A stretch of 63,781 nucleotides of DNA, the filler included, from Phoronis australis (taxonomy: Eukaryota > Animalia > Phoronida), in the NCBI GenBank assembly GCA_002633005.1. It is 4 parts of 4 records of this genome, joined end to end, with 100 filler letters (N's around TTAATTAATTAA, not from the genome) between each part and the next. Parts side by side here need not be neighbours in the genome. Positions count along the whole stretch, not along the records: positions 19,691 to 51,273 come from NMRA01000880.1; 3 more parts are not named here. One strand, given 5' to 3'. Positions 25,501 through 38,200 of the stretch are shown here, in pieces. The notes below the pieces were generated by a model that saw only the letters and a program-made list of their open reading frames with translations, did not search any database and had not been told where the DNA came from. How positions within the stretch are numbered: position 1 is the stretch's first letter; each line of letters opens with the position of its first letter. Position numbers and translations under genes: made by a program.

Positions 25501-28500
25501 AATGTCATAATAGTACTAAATTGTCCAGGAAACACTTTGAGACCAATGTCATAATAGTACTAAGTTGTCCAAGAAACACTTTGAGGCCATTGTCATAATA
25601 GTACTAAATTATCCAAGAAACACTTTGAGACCAATATCGTAATAGTACTAAATTGTCCAAGAAACACTTTGAGACCAATGTCGTAATAGTACTAAGTTGT
25701 CCAAGAAACACTTTGAGACCAATGTCGTAATAGTACTAAGTTGTCTAAGAAACACTTTCAGACCAATGTCATAATAGTACTAAGTTGTCTAAGAAACACT
25801 TTGAGACCAATGTCATAATAGTACTAAATTGTCCAGGAAACACTTTGAGACCAATGTCATAATAGTACTAAGTTGTCCAAGAAACACTTTGAGGCCATTG
25901 TCATAATAGTACTAAATTATCCAAGAAACACTTTGAGACCAATATCGTAATAGTACTAAATTGTCCAAGAAACACTTTGAGACCAATGTCGTAATAGTAC
26001 TAAGTTGTCCAAGAAACACTTTGAGACCAATGTCGTAATAGTACTAAGTTGTCTAAGAAACACTTTCAGACCAATGTCATAATAGTACTAAGTTGTCTAA
26101 GAAACACTTTGAGACCAATGTCATAATAGTACTAAATTGTCCAGGAAACACTTTGAGACCAATGTCATAATAGTACTAAGTTGTCCAAGAAACACTTTGA
26201 GGCCATTGTCATAATAGTACTAAATTATCCAAGAAACACTTTGAGACCAATATCGTAATAGTACTAAATTGTCCAAGAAACACTTTGAGACCAATGTCGT
26301 AATAGTACTAAGTTGTCCAAGAAACACTTTGAGACCAATGTCGTAATAGTACTAAGTTGTCTAAGAAACACTTTCAGACCAATGTCATAATAGTACTAAG
26401 TTGTCTAAGAAACACTTTGAGACCATTGTCATATTAGTACTAAGTTGTCCAAGAAACACTTTGAGACCATTGTCATAATAGTACTAAGTTGTCCAATAAA
26501 CACTTTGAGACCATTGTCATAACAGTTAGTGTTCAAAATGAAGATGTTTTTTGACAGAAAACACACTTGGATTATTGTCCGGTATTCTATTGAAATTATG
26601 GCAGTTTGTACAGGCACTCTGCATGTCTACGGAAACATTAATTTGTAGAATTTTGTAACAATTGTTTGAAGGCATGTGATAGTTTTGCCAATTTCTTCTT
26701 AATGTTCCCAAAATCTTCTAATTTGTTACACTTTTGCTATTTTCTGAGATGATGGGTCGAGACACCCCTTCCCAATTGATACAGTCATGGTTCTAGAAAT
26801 AGTCAATACTCTGGAAATGATGGGAGATATTTGTGGTTCTTGTTTGATGTTAGTTTGACCTTGAAGATTTTGTTCCTCCGAAAGTATGCTCAGTACATAT
26901 GGTCAAGTTTGAGAACACCAAATGTTATGTAAACTCTGTATTTGTTTTACAGCTCTAAAAATACTTTCTGATCAAAGGAATCACCCAGTTGTGATAAGCT
27001 GTGCAGCCGGCAAAGACAGGACGGGACTAGTCACAGCATTAGTGCTTCACTGCTTGGGTTGTTCTAAGGACTATATAGCACAAGAATATAGCTTATCCCA
27101 GGTGAGCTTTCTGAAATTTGGGAGATTTTATCTAGTACTACAAAATAATCTTCCTCAACAGGGTTGTGCTGAAAGCTTAATCACATTCAAATACTGATCA
27201 AGTCAAACTATATGCTAATTGTTATGCAATTCATCATTACAATGCTGTCAAAAGACATCGAGAAATTAACAAAAAGAGCAAATAGCACGAGTCCTTTGAT
27301 GTGCTTTTCTTAGTAGTTAATCAAGTGTGCAGTCAGTGATTCAATGCATTTCCTCTCTTCACTTTAATCGAGGATTTGCCTATCAGCAGTTGTTTTTCTT
27401 ACCATTATGGTACGGTTGTCAGCATGTAAACATCCGATGACATTACCGATAATTAGGCGACTTGCAACATGATCTACAATTTCAATCTTAGATGGCGAGT
27501 TTTTAAAACTTCAGCATGAAAGTGCAGACATACCTTGCGAATCTTTTGTGCAAACGGTTTGTTCATTAATTTGTAGTGTATTGAAGCTAGCTTTTATTTG
27601 TTTTATTTTTTAATTTGGTTGCTTAGTTGTTTACATGCTAAAAATCATGTTGTGGATACAGTTCTTGCAATTTAAATAAATTTCATTTTCACGAGAGTGT
27701 TAATATCATATGCCATTGAATGTTTTTTTATTTCATTTGTTTCAGAAAGGTGTGGATAATATGAGTGAGAACGCTGTTTTCAAAAAAGTGTGCAAGATAG
27801 TCAACTTTCCCAAGTCTTTTCAAACAGCGAAAGCTGAAACGATGCTGGAAACACTGCAGTACCTAGAGAACAGGTAGTTAACGCTTAACATTCTGTAAGC
27901 TCTGCTTTACTTTGAGAACAGGTAGAGTTAACACTTAACATTACTTTGAGAACAGGTAGAGTTAACACTTAACATTACTTTGAGAACAGGTAGAGTTAAC
28001 ACTTAACATTACTTTGAGAACAGGTAGAGTTAACACTTAACATTACTTTGAGAACAGGTAGAGTTAACACTTAACAGCTTATTGAAACATGGGTTTTATG
28101 CACAGAAGTATAGGTTGTACTCTTGCACCCGATTCATCCAACCATGTCGTGGTGTTTTTAGAATTTCTGAAAGGCGTGATATAAAATGATACTTTTTTGG
28201 CATTATAGCTCCTCTGATGTCCACTTGTTCTTATATAGCTGGTGTTTTAACTCGATTGTTATGTCTCTTGGTGTTGTCATACTTAGGTGCATGCCTGGAG
28301 GTAGGAGATTGTTTAGACTACGAGTGCGTATGTATTAAGTTGTCAAACAAAAAGTACAGTCATGTCTTCAATCAAGTCGTTCATTCTTTATGAAAGGGGG
28401 TTACTGTATAAAGAGAAAAGGTACATCAGAAATACGCCCGTGTTTGTGCTAATCTTGAGCCTGTTTCATGAAAAATGAAGTCAGACTTAAGACAAGTTTC

Positions 28501-28969
28501 TGAAGAATACTAATAATAAAATGTCACCTGACAAAAAGTGCAAAATCTCTCAGAATGTACACATAACTGCTAATTAGTGAGATAATTATTATAAATTGTT
28601 CCTAGACTGTGATATGCTCATAATGTCTTGGTGAAGCATTTATTCAGCAATTGTGAAGTGGGATACCATATGATGAAATTTCTGTCCCAAGTTTTAAGTC
28701 GCTTTCATGAAACTCACCCCTGGCTCATAGAGTATGATCGAAAGATTTTGACGGAATTTAACTGAAGCCTTATATTAAGTTGTGAACAAAGTGATCATTT
28801 CTTTAATTCAACAACATAACCAATAAACTTCTGGCATGTAGGTTCATAAAGTGCCTCTCTCTCTCTCTTCCTCTGTGACAGGTATGGCTCTATTGATGAC
28901 TACCTGGAATATATTGGCTTCACCAGGGCTGACCAGGAAAAATTACGCGCAAGTGTGACAGGGCATTAA
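22591..28969 (+). CDS. Tyrosine phosphatase family protein (Y_phosphatase3 / IphP-like), 5 exons
   Basis: Exons 22591-22658 (less certain), 23652-24124, 26953-27101, 27746-27873 and 28882-28969 splice in frame. Motifs: RSA..ILTVIDF, HPVVISCAAGKDRTGLVTALVL..LG..IAQEYSLS and M..TLQYLENRYGSIDDYLEYIGF..QEKLR, ending in TAA. Confidence 0.88.
24354..26525. repeat. 44-bp minisatellite (~49 monomers) with a 308-bp seven-monomer higher-order repeat, in phosphatase intron 2
   Basis: Monomer ccaatgtcataatagtactaagttgtccaagaaacactttgaga. The variant gccattg...aattatcc recurs at 24354, 24662, 24970, 25278, 25586, 25894 and 26202. Confidence 0.97.
27907..28076. repeat. 34-bp tandem repeat x5 containing copies of the exon-4 splice donor
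   Basis: Unit ttactttgagaacaggtagagttaacacttaaca matches the junction gagaacag|gtag at 27866-27877. Confidence 0.93.
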
Positions 28970-30404
28970 TCTTAGCGATTTAGTCAACGTTACGGTATAC
29001 TCTTAGTTATTTATAAACTGACAAGTGCATTCCATTTTGTAACAATCAACAAACCATCCTGTATAACATTTTTATGTACCCACACCGATTGTCATGGAGC
29101 AATAGTTTAGGCAGCTGAAACAGTATCAGAATGGATGTCACAGGCATGCGTAGCACTTTATTGTAACAAAATTCAATTGAAACGAAGGATCAGAACGCAA
29201 TGAGGTTGCTTTGTTGTTGTCAAAAATATGCTTTGAAAAAGTTGATTTTGACACCCAAAAATATGGTTTTTGTTTGTACAGCTTTAGGCGATTATAATGG
29301 ATGCAATCTATTGTGCAATACTGAATTTCTTTTATCATCAGCAAATGACTTATGTTTCGGAAAGTGATTATAATAGTGTATTATTGTATTGTGCAATATT
29401 GGATTTCTCATTAGAAAATAAATTGTCATCGGCAAGTAACTTAATATGTTTCGGAGAAAAGTTCTGACATTAACAGTATTTTCATTGTAACAGCTGGTAG
29501 CAAAAGAGTACAGTCACAGCGTTATTAATTAGATTCCGCATCACAGTATAGTAGAGTTTGTGTGGTATGGTATTGAACATTCTTTATCCTAGGGCCAAAC
29601 CTGAGCTTTACCATAGCTACCATCACGTATTATTTTAGAAAACTGAAAACATTCACTACAATGCTACAGTCTTTAAAAGGGGCCATTTTTTGAAATAATT
29701 TTTGATTGAAGTCGCTTGGATAACAGAGCATCACATTCAATTGAGCCTTGTTAATAATTTCCAGTCATATTCCATGGAGCTTTGTTGATAATATCCACTC
29801 ACACATGCCGTAATATGGTATGGAGCCTTGATAGCATTTGGTCACATACAATATTCCATTGAGCCTTGTTGATAACATTCTGCTCACGCATTGCTGATAA
29901 TATCCGCACACATATAATACTACATTCCACAAGTCTCAACTTGGGTTCACTGCATATCAGTTTAATATTTAGTTGTTGTAGCTAACTTCAGTTACAATGT
30001 TTTAGAGACATTCTAGGAGAGTTTATTGCAGCATATTGCAGCATGGTTTGAGTTACTAACTTGGTCTTTCATTCAAGTCGAAGCAATTCAACAACTGCAG
30101 AATGGAGTGTGACAACACTAATAACAAATGTTCGTAAAAACATCTTTATTTTGTTGCTTTTCAGTTGTACATGGTGGACATGCTCAAAAATCTCAAATAA
30201 ATTAAGTTAAATATGTGTTATCAAATCACAAATTAATTATACATGATTTATTAAACTTTCACAGTTCAAGTGAACAAAGACAATTGGTGTAGAGTAACCA
30301 ACAAGATGTTGAGTGTTGCTATGGAGATATCAGATGATGATGGTAAATTCTGGAACAGATGAATCCACTTTTGCGTTAAACAGCTGTTGGGCAAAAAAGC
30401 ATGA

Positions 30405-31227
30405 GGGCTGTTCCAGCAAAATCTGTATGGGAGGGGGGGGAAGGCACTTTTATTTCGTACCCACCGCCCATATTTTTCATTTATTTCTCCAACCCATGAC
30501 CCATAATTTTTTAATTATTTTTAATAGGTTAAAATATAAAATCCAACACTTGCAAGCAAATCACCTCCAGGAGGACCTGTTAAGAACTTAGATGATTGAC
30601 AGATAAGAACTAGTTGTCTTGTCCAATATTGTCAAAAACTAAAGTAGCCTGTGAGCAATACTTTTGGCAGCCACCAGGTGTCTCTGTTCACCATGTGTCT
30701 ATAATTTCAACGAACATTTTTTCAATTATAAGGATCTATGAATCTCAAACTGTCTCCACGAACTCTTTCCTACTTCTATGTCAAGTGAATATTGGAACTT
30801 GTTTATCTAACTCCTCATACTTTTTATTTAAAAATCATCAATTTTCTTATATGTGTTAACACCAGTTTAGTGTTGCGTAACTTTTCAATTCAATAGGACT
30901 GCAGACAAACAGTTGACTCAAATCAAGTTGCCCATGACTTTACTAATGGCTTAGTGAACACATTGCACTCTGTTCACTGGCAAAATGGGCTTTTTTGTAT
31001 TGGGAAAAGTTAGGATATATGCCAATAGCATTTTTTTGTGTTTGGACAGCAGAAGTAACCAAGCTGTCAACATTAACAGGTCAAAAAATACCACCCATTT
31101 TTAATGCATCACTTCTTAGGGGAACGACCACCCATAATTTGAGTTTTTTTCTGAAGACCACCACCCATGAATTTTTATTTCTGCTGCCGTCCCCCCCCCT
31201 CCCACACGGATTTTACTGGAACAGCCC
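30405..31227. mobile_element. PIF/Harbinger-type MITE
   Basis: ~35-bp TIRs gggctgttccagcaaaatctgtatgggaggggggg / ccccccctcccacacggattttactggaacagccc with a 3-bp TGA duplication on both sides. Confidence 0.8.
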
Positions 31228-32276
31228 TGAAAAAGAGTTGCCATGACTATCTGTGCAGCTGCTGACTGGATGATTCTTATTTTCCTCAACCCCCACTGAA
31301 GTAGTAAAACCTTCCTACGCCACTGCTCTGTAGTCGCTCAAGACAATGTTGACTGAGCTGACAAGCCACTTTCTTTACAAACATGAATGCATTGCAAGGC
31401 TTCTAAAAATAAAATGTTAGCAGAAAATGATTGAGACTGTGTGCTTTAAGTAGTGATTCTCAGCATTAAAACTATGCAGGTACAGACCAAACCCTATCCC
31501 CAGTTCCACATACAGCACAGCGTAAAAAACGTTGCTAATGTCAGAGATCATAATATGCACAATAGGAAACGTTACAATGACATGGTTGGGTTCACCTAAT
31601 CTCATAGGGCATGCCAAATAAGTTGACATTACCAGTTTGTTTATTTAACTGCATGTGATTCAGACCAATTAATAGTTTGTTTACAGTCACATATTTATTA
31701 TTCTTCTTGCATAAGCATTTGATTTGTGGTAACCATAAGGTGAATGTGAGTTGATTTTAACAGTTAAAATACCGTGGTATTTGTGCTTTTATAAGTTCAC
31801 TATAATTCTTTTTGTCAAAATTTTGAGTTGAAATAATCACAATAAATCAAATATTTTCTGCAGGCACACACCACACAATGCTCACCACTGTTGTGTAATC
31901 AGTGTTATGTAATAACTTGTGAACAAACCTCTCTGCACTAATAGACATCCCCACTATACCAACTTAGCTAACGACAGTCATGTTCAGAACCTGGGTGAAA
32001 TGTTTGGTCTATCACGACGGCTTCATGATTGCGTCAAACCTTTACACACAACAACAAGCATCCTAGCCCAAATCCCCAACTAATTTTTCCTGTCCAAGAT
32101 TTGTAAACCTGGTTGTTACCTAGACTTGCCATGCACCACATCCAGGAAATCATTCAATTTAACTGTCAGCAACAGGTATCACAAACTTGGCACATGGAAC
32201 TTTGATATCCCTTGTAATTAATCAGCATCATTTATTAACTTACTAATATGCACTTCTTGCTTGGTGTTTTACTAAG

Positions 32277-35200
32277 TTAGCTCAGTGGTAGTTCACTTCG
32301 ACTGTACAAGGATAAACTCTTGAATGGGATCCACAATACACCAAACAAGTCCTCTGAGAACATGATCCAATGGCCAGGGATGTATGTATCATGTTTGAAC
32401 CCTTTAGCAGCAACATGGCCTTTGCAGTGGTACCTACAACAAACATGACAAAGTCATACTCGTAGCTACCAGCACTCATCTCCTGCCTATAGTACACCAC
32501 AAAGTAATCACATGGTGTGTATCTTCAGAGTTCTTCAATGGATTTTTCAAGGAACTTGGCCAATAGGTTTTTATCAAGGTGACGACAATAACTTTCCATT
32601 TTAGGACAGATTTTATGTATTGTGCACCTCCTGGTGGTGATATTTAACAGTTTTGAGTCCATTTTTGATGTCGGCCTCTCCATCCGCCAAACAACTTGAA
32701 GAATCGTTGCAAAAATTGGCAGATGTGTTTCTGATGAGAAGGCTGCGGCTCACGCCGATATTCGAATGGATTCGACTACATTGGCGTCCCATAGTGGTGT
32801 TTATCTAGACTATGGCCGTTCCTCCTTAACCCTGTGTAGGATTCGTGGAATTTGGCACACGTGTCCTATGGAGCTGACAACACAAATTTCAGGCTCGTAC
32901 TACTAGTGTGGCCCTAGTGGCAGCTTTAATTTTTGTTTTTCACGATTACCTCAGTCTGTATTTTCGGAGTTCATCAATAGATTTTAGTTAAATTTGGCAA
33001 ATAGGTTTCTATTAAAGAGACGACGATAGCCTTCCACTTTCATATGGATTCAATGTATTTTTGCTCCACCTAATGGCTATTTTTACTTATTCGAGTCCAT
33101 TTTTTGTTGATGTTGACTTTTGGATGGATGTAACAACCGTGAGGCCTGCTGGTGACTTTGTCTTTTTTGCATCCTCTGTTTTATCTTCTTACTCCTAGAA
33201 TTATCATTGTGAAGTTTTGTAAATCTTATACCTATACGTGAGACTACAGCTACCAACGACGTTTAGAAGGTTGTGACTACCACAGTACCCCCTAGAGGCA
33301 ATTTTAGTTTTTATGTTTGCCTCTGTGTCTTCAGAGTAATTTGGCAGTTTTTCCAGAAATTTGGCAAACAAGTTTCTATTTTGGGATGGACTTACCATTC
33401 TGCGCCACTTAGTGTCCATGTTTGACACTAAAAAACACCCTGAGTGTTTACGTTGCTATCATGGGCACATTTCAATGCTGTATTGAGCTCATGCTGATTT
33501 TGTTTTTTTTTAGTTCTAGAGTTTTCGGCAGCATCCCAGCAGTTTTCGCAATACTTGTAGAATTTAGTCCAGTGACACACAAAAATGAGGAGGAATAAAA
33601 TAATGTTTGTACAGATGGCCAAATTGAAGTTGAGCTGACAAAATAGTACAATTGAGAGAAAAGTCTTACAACTATGAATTCAGGTAATTGCATTTAGTTT
33701 CTGGTAATGTCCTCATCAACATCTAAGCACAACTCCATGCACCCTTCCAAATTGAAAAATGTGCTTCTTTACGGAATTCATCCGTCCAACGCGAAATTAA
33801 CACACTGCTGAAAAAATGGTGAGCAGTGATGAATAATCTTTTCACAGCGTGTGCTACATTAACGGCGTTTGTTTGTAATAGAATCACGGGGGTCAATGCA
33901 AAGTTTTGAGTCCTTAACTCAAAAAAATTATTAGCAAAAGTTTGGGACCTGCTTCAGGAGAATCACTCTGTAGTTTTATTTTGGTTTCATGGAGAGATAC
34001 GACAGAAGCGAGCACAGTATTATGTATTACAGTACCCTTGTACTAATGTAATGAACTGATTGAATCCAAGGTCTCACCGAGCTTTGCAAATCTTTGGCAA
34101 CTTGATGTCCTTCCAGGCTAAACCACTCCCCATTGATTGAGAAACTTCCCCTTTCCATTCCTCGCAAAATCTGGTACAGCCCCGAGGCACCTGGAAAGGC
34201 TGAGATGGAAGGTTTGCGACATCACCACCAGATGGCAGGACATCGGGTATATCAATGTCCGTCAAGTTCTGCATGTCCACTTGTTGGTTCTCAGTCAATA
34301 CTATTGGACGAGACAAGTCAACTTTCACTGAGACTTCCCCAGCTGGGATGTTAGGATCACCCTACAAGACAAATACAGACAGTACAGCAGCCTCCAGACC
34401 ATTGTTCAGAAACATTTTTCTTGGTGCCTCTGCATATATAAATTTATAATAAACTAGGGAACAAGTCTTTAGTTAATGTTTTCTTGTTTTGGGACAGTGC
34501 CAGTCTCCCAATCCTGGCATTACTTGTTGATACATTACCTAATGTCTCTGTTTCTCCCCTCATTCTACAATGGACATTCCAATAAAATATCGAGTTTAGA
34601 TTCTATTTTATCCGTACTGCAACATCAATGTATTCTCTCATCTATGGTCAGACCCACGTCTACCCAACCTCTAAATCTCGCTAAAGCAGATCTAAGTAAA
34701 AGATTAACAAAACGCATTATAGCACCCTTCGATGGATAAGAGAAGTCATAACTTCACGAAGATTCCACCAGTTAGACTATCATTTGGGGTCACTCAGCAA
34801 TGAATGACAGGTCATGTGAACTGAAATGTGAACTAAATTAATCACCCTCCCTTGTCTATCATGCCATCAGATTGACAAGAACTTTTTATGCCCGAACTAA
34901 AGACAGGGTACTTGAAAGACAATTTCAACGACGACTTGAATCTTGTTTTGAGACCTTAAAATGAGCCAAACTAAAATAATGCGAATCATGGGTATTCAGT
35001 GACTGTGTAATCGAATGAATGACAGATGTTGTAAAATTGGTTTAAAGTTCATGGATATGGAAGCATACTAACAGTTTCTTTACAATCCTTTCTGTCTTCT
35101 TCACAATGAGTCTAAATATAACTTGAAGTCATGTGTCAAACCTGACAAAACCAATTAAATAGCACTGCTCAATTCCTTCATAGATGGAGGAATAGTTTCA

Positions 35201-38200
35201 CATAACCACCCGTCAACTCACTGTGATTTTTATAGCATGGAGCTCTCTGCAGTCTTCAGTGTATTCCAGTCGTAGGATCTCATAACCATGGATGGAATAT
35301 TCACCGACAAATAATCCTGGAGCAATGGGAGCATTATGATCGACAACAGGTGCAACAGTGACTCGCCATAGAGTGACATCTTTTGACCTAGTAATGAAAC
35401 AGTGCGTAATGTTGTTATGCCTGTTGTCTAGGCGAATAGAGAATTAAACGGATACTAAATCCAATTTTGGCTTCGGAAATGAATGACTTCCCTATCTAGC
35501 TCAACAAATTATTAAATAATACTATCCTCTGAAACCCTCATCAACTCTAAAAAGCTTGGAGCAAATTTGAAAGACAGCCCAGCGAGAAGCGCAACTACAG
35601 GTTCCAGTTCAAGGGATAGTAAGACGGTGCTTTCCGCTTACTCCTATTTTTGTCACTTAAATGAGAAATCAACAGAACGTTAGCAGGGAAAATTCAAGTC
35701 AGATTAGGATCACATAGAGATGGTTGGTTGCTTCATTGCTGCTTAATAGTTGATTTATGCCAGTTCCAAGTTTGGGATTTACGTCAGTTACAAGTTTGGG
35801 ATTTACGTCGGTTATAAGTTTGGGATTTACGCCAGTTACAATTTTGGGATTTCAACTTGACCAGCACTATGTGGGACTTAAAAATGTGAGTTGGCATCTG
35901 TGTGTTGAAATACGAAGACAATAACTTAAAACTGGCATATGATTTGGAAACTCTTTAACTAATTTCTTCCCCATTAGGACCAATCTCTGTGAAAAAGGGG
36001 CAATTTCACAGAAGATTGTGAAATTATGTCAAAGGACCTCATCAAGTCATGTAATCAAACCTACAACCTCACGCACGAGGCCACTGAGCAACCCTGTTAG
36101 GGTAATATTTCTAGTTAAATTAAATGTTAAATTAGCAGGCTGAGCTCAAAGTTCAAACCATCAATTTATGACTAGACTGGCGTACAGGCATAGTTTCTTC
36201 TCAGGGGAATTAGCTCATCAACACTATAACCCTGAAGAGTCACGGTAGACTGACTCCTCAAACTTGACAGCAGGGTGAAAAGTTCTTACCAGTTACTTTT
36301 GTAAGCTTCAATTCTTCTTCCTAAGACAGTACGTTCCTGAACCTCGAAGAAAAATGTAAAACTATGCAAATGTGAGACGGGTACGTCACATTCTTCGCTG
36401 ATCCACTGACTGAGGAGAGCCTGAAAATTCCATTTTACTGTAGCTGTCAACTGGACTCAAGGTAAATAACATGAGAACAGGTGATGACAATAACACCACT
36501 TTGTATAACAGCCTGCATGGCTACAATGATAAACAACACAGGCTGATGAAAACAACGACTAAGACAACTGGTTGTCAAAACTTCTGACCCGTGAATTTTT
36601 GGAAATGAAAATAACACGTTGTATCATAAAGCAGTTGACAAACAACGATGTCCAGATATAATGCTTAACACAACTTTCTGGGCTTAACTCCAATTACCAT
36701 TTTTTGCAATAAAAATAAAAAGAATGGCATGCACTTTGTCTGCAGAGCCATCTTTGAAAACCACTTAAGATTTCGTGATTTGGGGTGGAACCCTGAGTTA
36801 TATTTTTAATGACAAGTTAGAACTAACTTATAAAATCAGGGACAGGCTGAAGTTCATTGGGGACAGACTCACCACATCTAGTTTCAAGTGATTTATTCTT
36901 AGACTATTAAGTTTAAAGTTTGCTATTTCAGCATGACCTCATTCAGCTTAAAGATATTCATTGGACTGTTTCTTCTCAACATCTACAAATTTGTCAGAAT
37001 ATATATTGATTAATAATTAGTACAGATAGTAATTAATCACTAATTTAAGACTCTGAGACAGTAGGGTTGACCGCGCCAACACTCCATGAGGCGGAATTTC
37101 TTCGGCTATCAGCACGATATCGTAGGGGTAAGTAGTTCGCATAGTGGTTTAGAATTTTGAGATCATTTGTAAATCATGGGTGTTGTTCACACACATACAC
37201 TAAAAGGCTTTTGAAATTGACATGCCAGATCTCAGTCATTTGAAACTGACATACAAGGTCAATGAAAGAGGTTCTTTGTGAACCCTGGCCTTAGCCATAC
37301 AACTGTCCCAATTGGACTACCGTATTCGCCGTAATAACTGCCCATGCCCCTATAAGTGCCCCCCACGCGTTTTTAGACTTTGCAAGCGCCCACTCCATGA
37401 ACGCGTACGTGCGAAAAATGCCTTACCTACAGTCCTATAATTCTACAGTAACGTCTTCAATTTATCAATAATATCCGACAGTCCTGAAAAAAATCATTGT
37501 GCGCAGAATTTGTAGACCATGAGCCTCACCATTATGTCGGTATTTAGCCGTGACTATATACACTTCAAACATCCCACCTGCCTCAAAACGAACACAAAAG
37601 TTCTGCTGATATTGGGAGGACCAATGGTCTGGCCTTTCAGAACAGAAGAGTGTACTTGTCTACGGGATTGCTTTGTAGATAATTCCCGCTTTCAACAGGA
37701 ATCCAAATTTCTTTGTAGGCCTACACATGAAAAACGCAAATCGAAGACTAATAAACAACTTGGCCAGTGAAACACGCTCTGGTTTAGGCCTACTGCTTGT
37801 GCAAATTTCTTTAGATACAATGCACATCTATTTCGTTAGATTGCATGGCTCGGGCCAAAAGACAGTCTCTGCACTGGCAAATAAACTCTGGTAACACGCG
37901 CTCGCTTACTCACAAATGCAGACAACTTCAAAACAAATGTCACGTGACAACAACATGTGTGTTCGTCCAGACATTTTTCTGATGTTGCCGATCACACATG
38001 CAAATGGAACGATATCAGCACAAATTTGTACTTAAACCTGCCGTAATCCTGACTCCGCGGGAACTTAAAACTCTTAGGGACGCAAAACTTGAAAAACCTA
38101 AGGAGGATTTCAGGTAATTTGCTTGAGTCGAAACTGTATTTTTATTCAAGCATTCAAGTCTCAATATCGACGATTGCGAGGCAGGCAGTCGGCGAGTTTT

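Noticed and set aside
24354-26525. CRISPR-like regular array
   Set aside because: Monomers are head-to-tail with no unique spacers, there are no cas genes, and the context is a eukaryotic intron.
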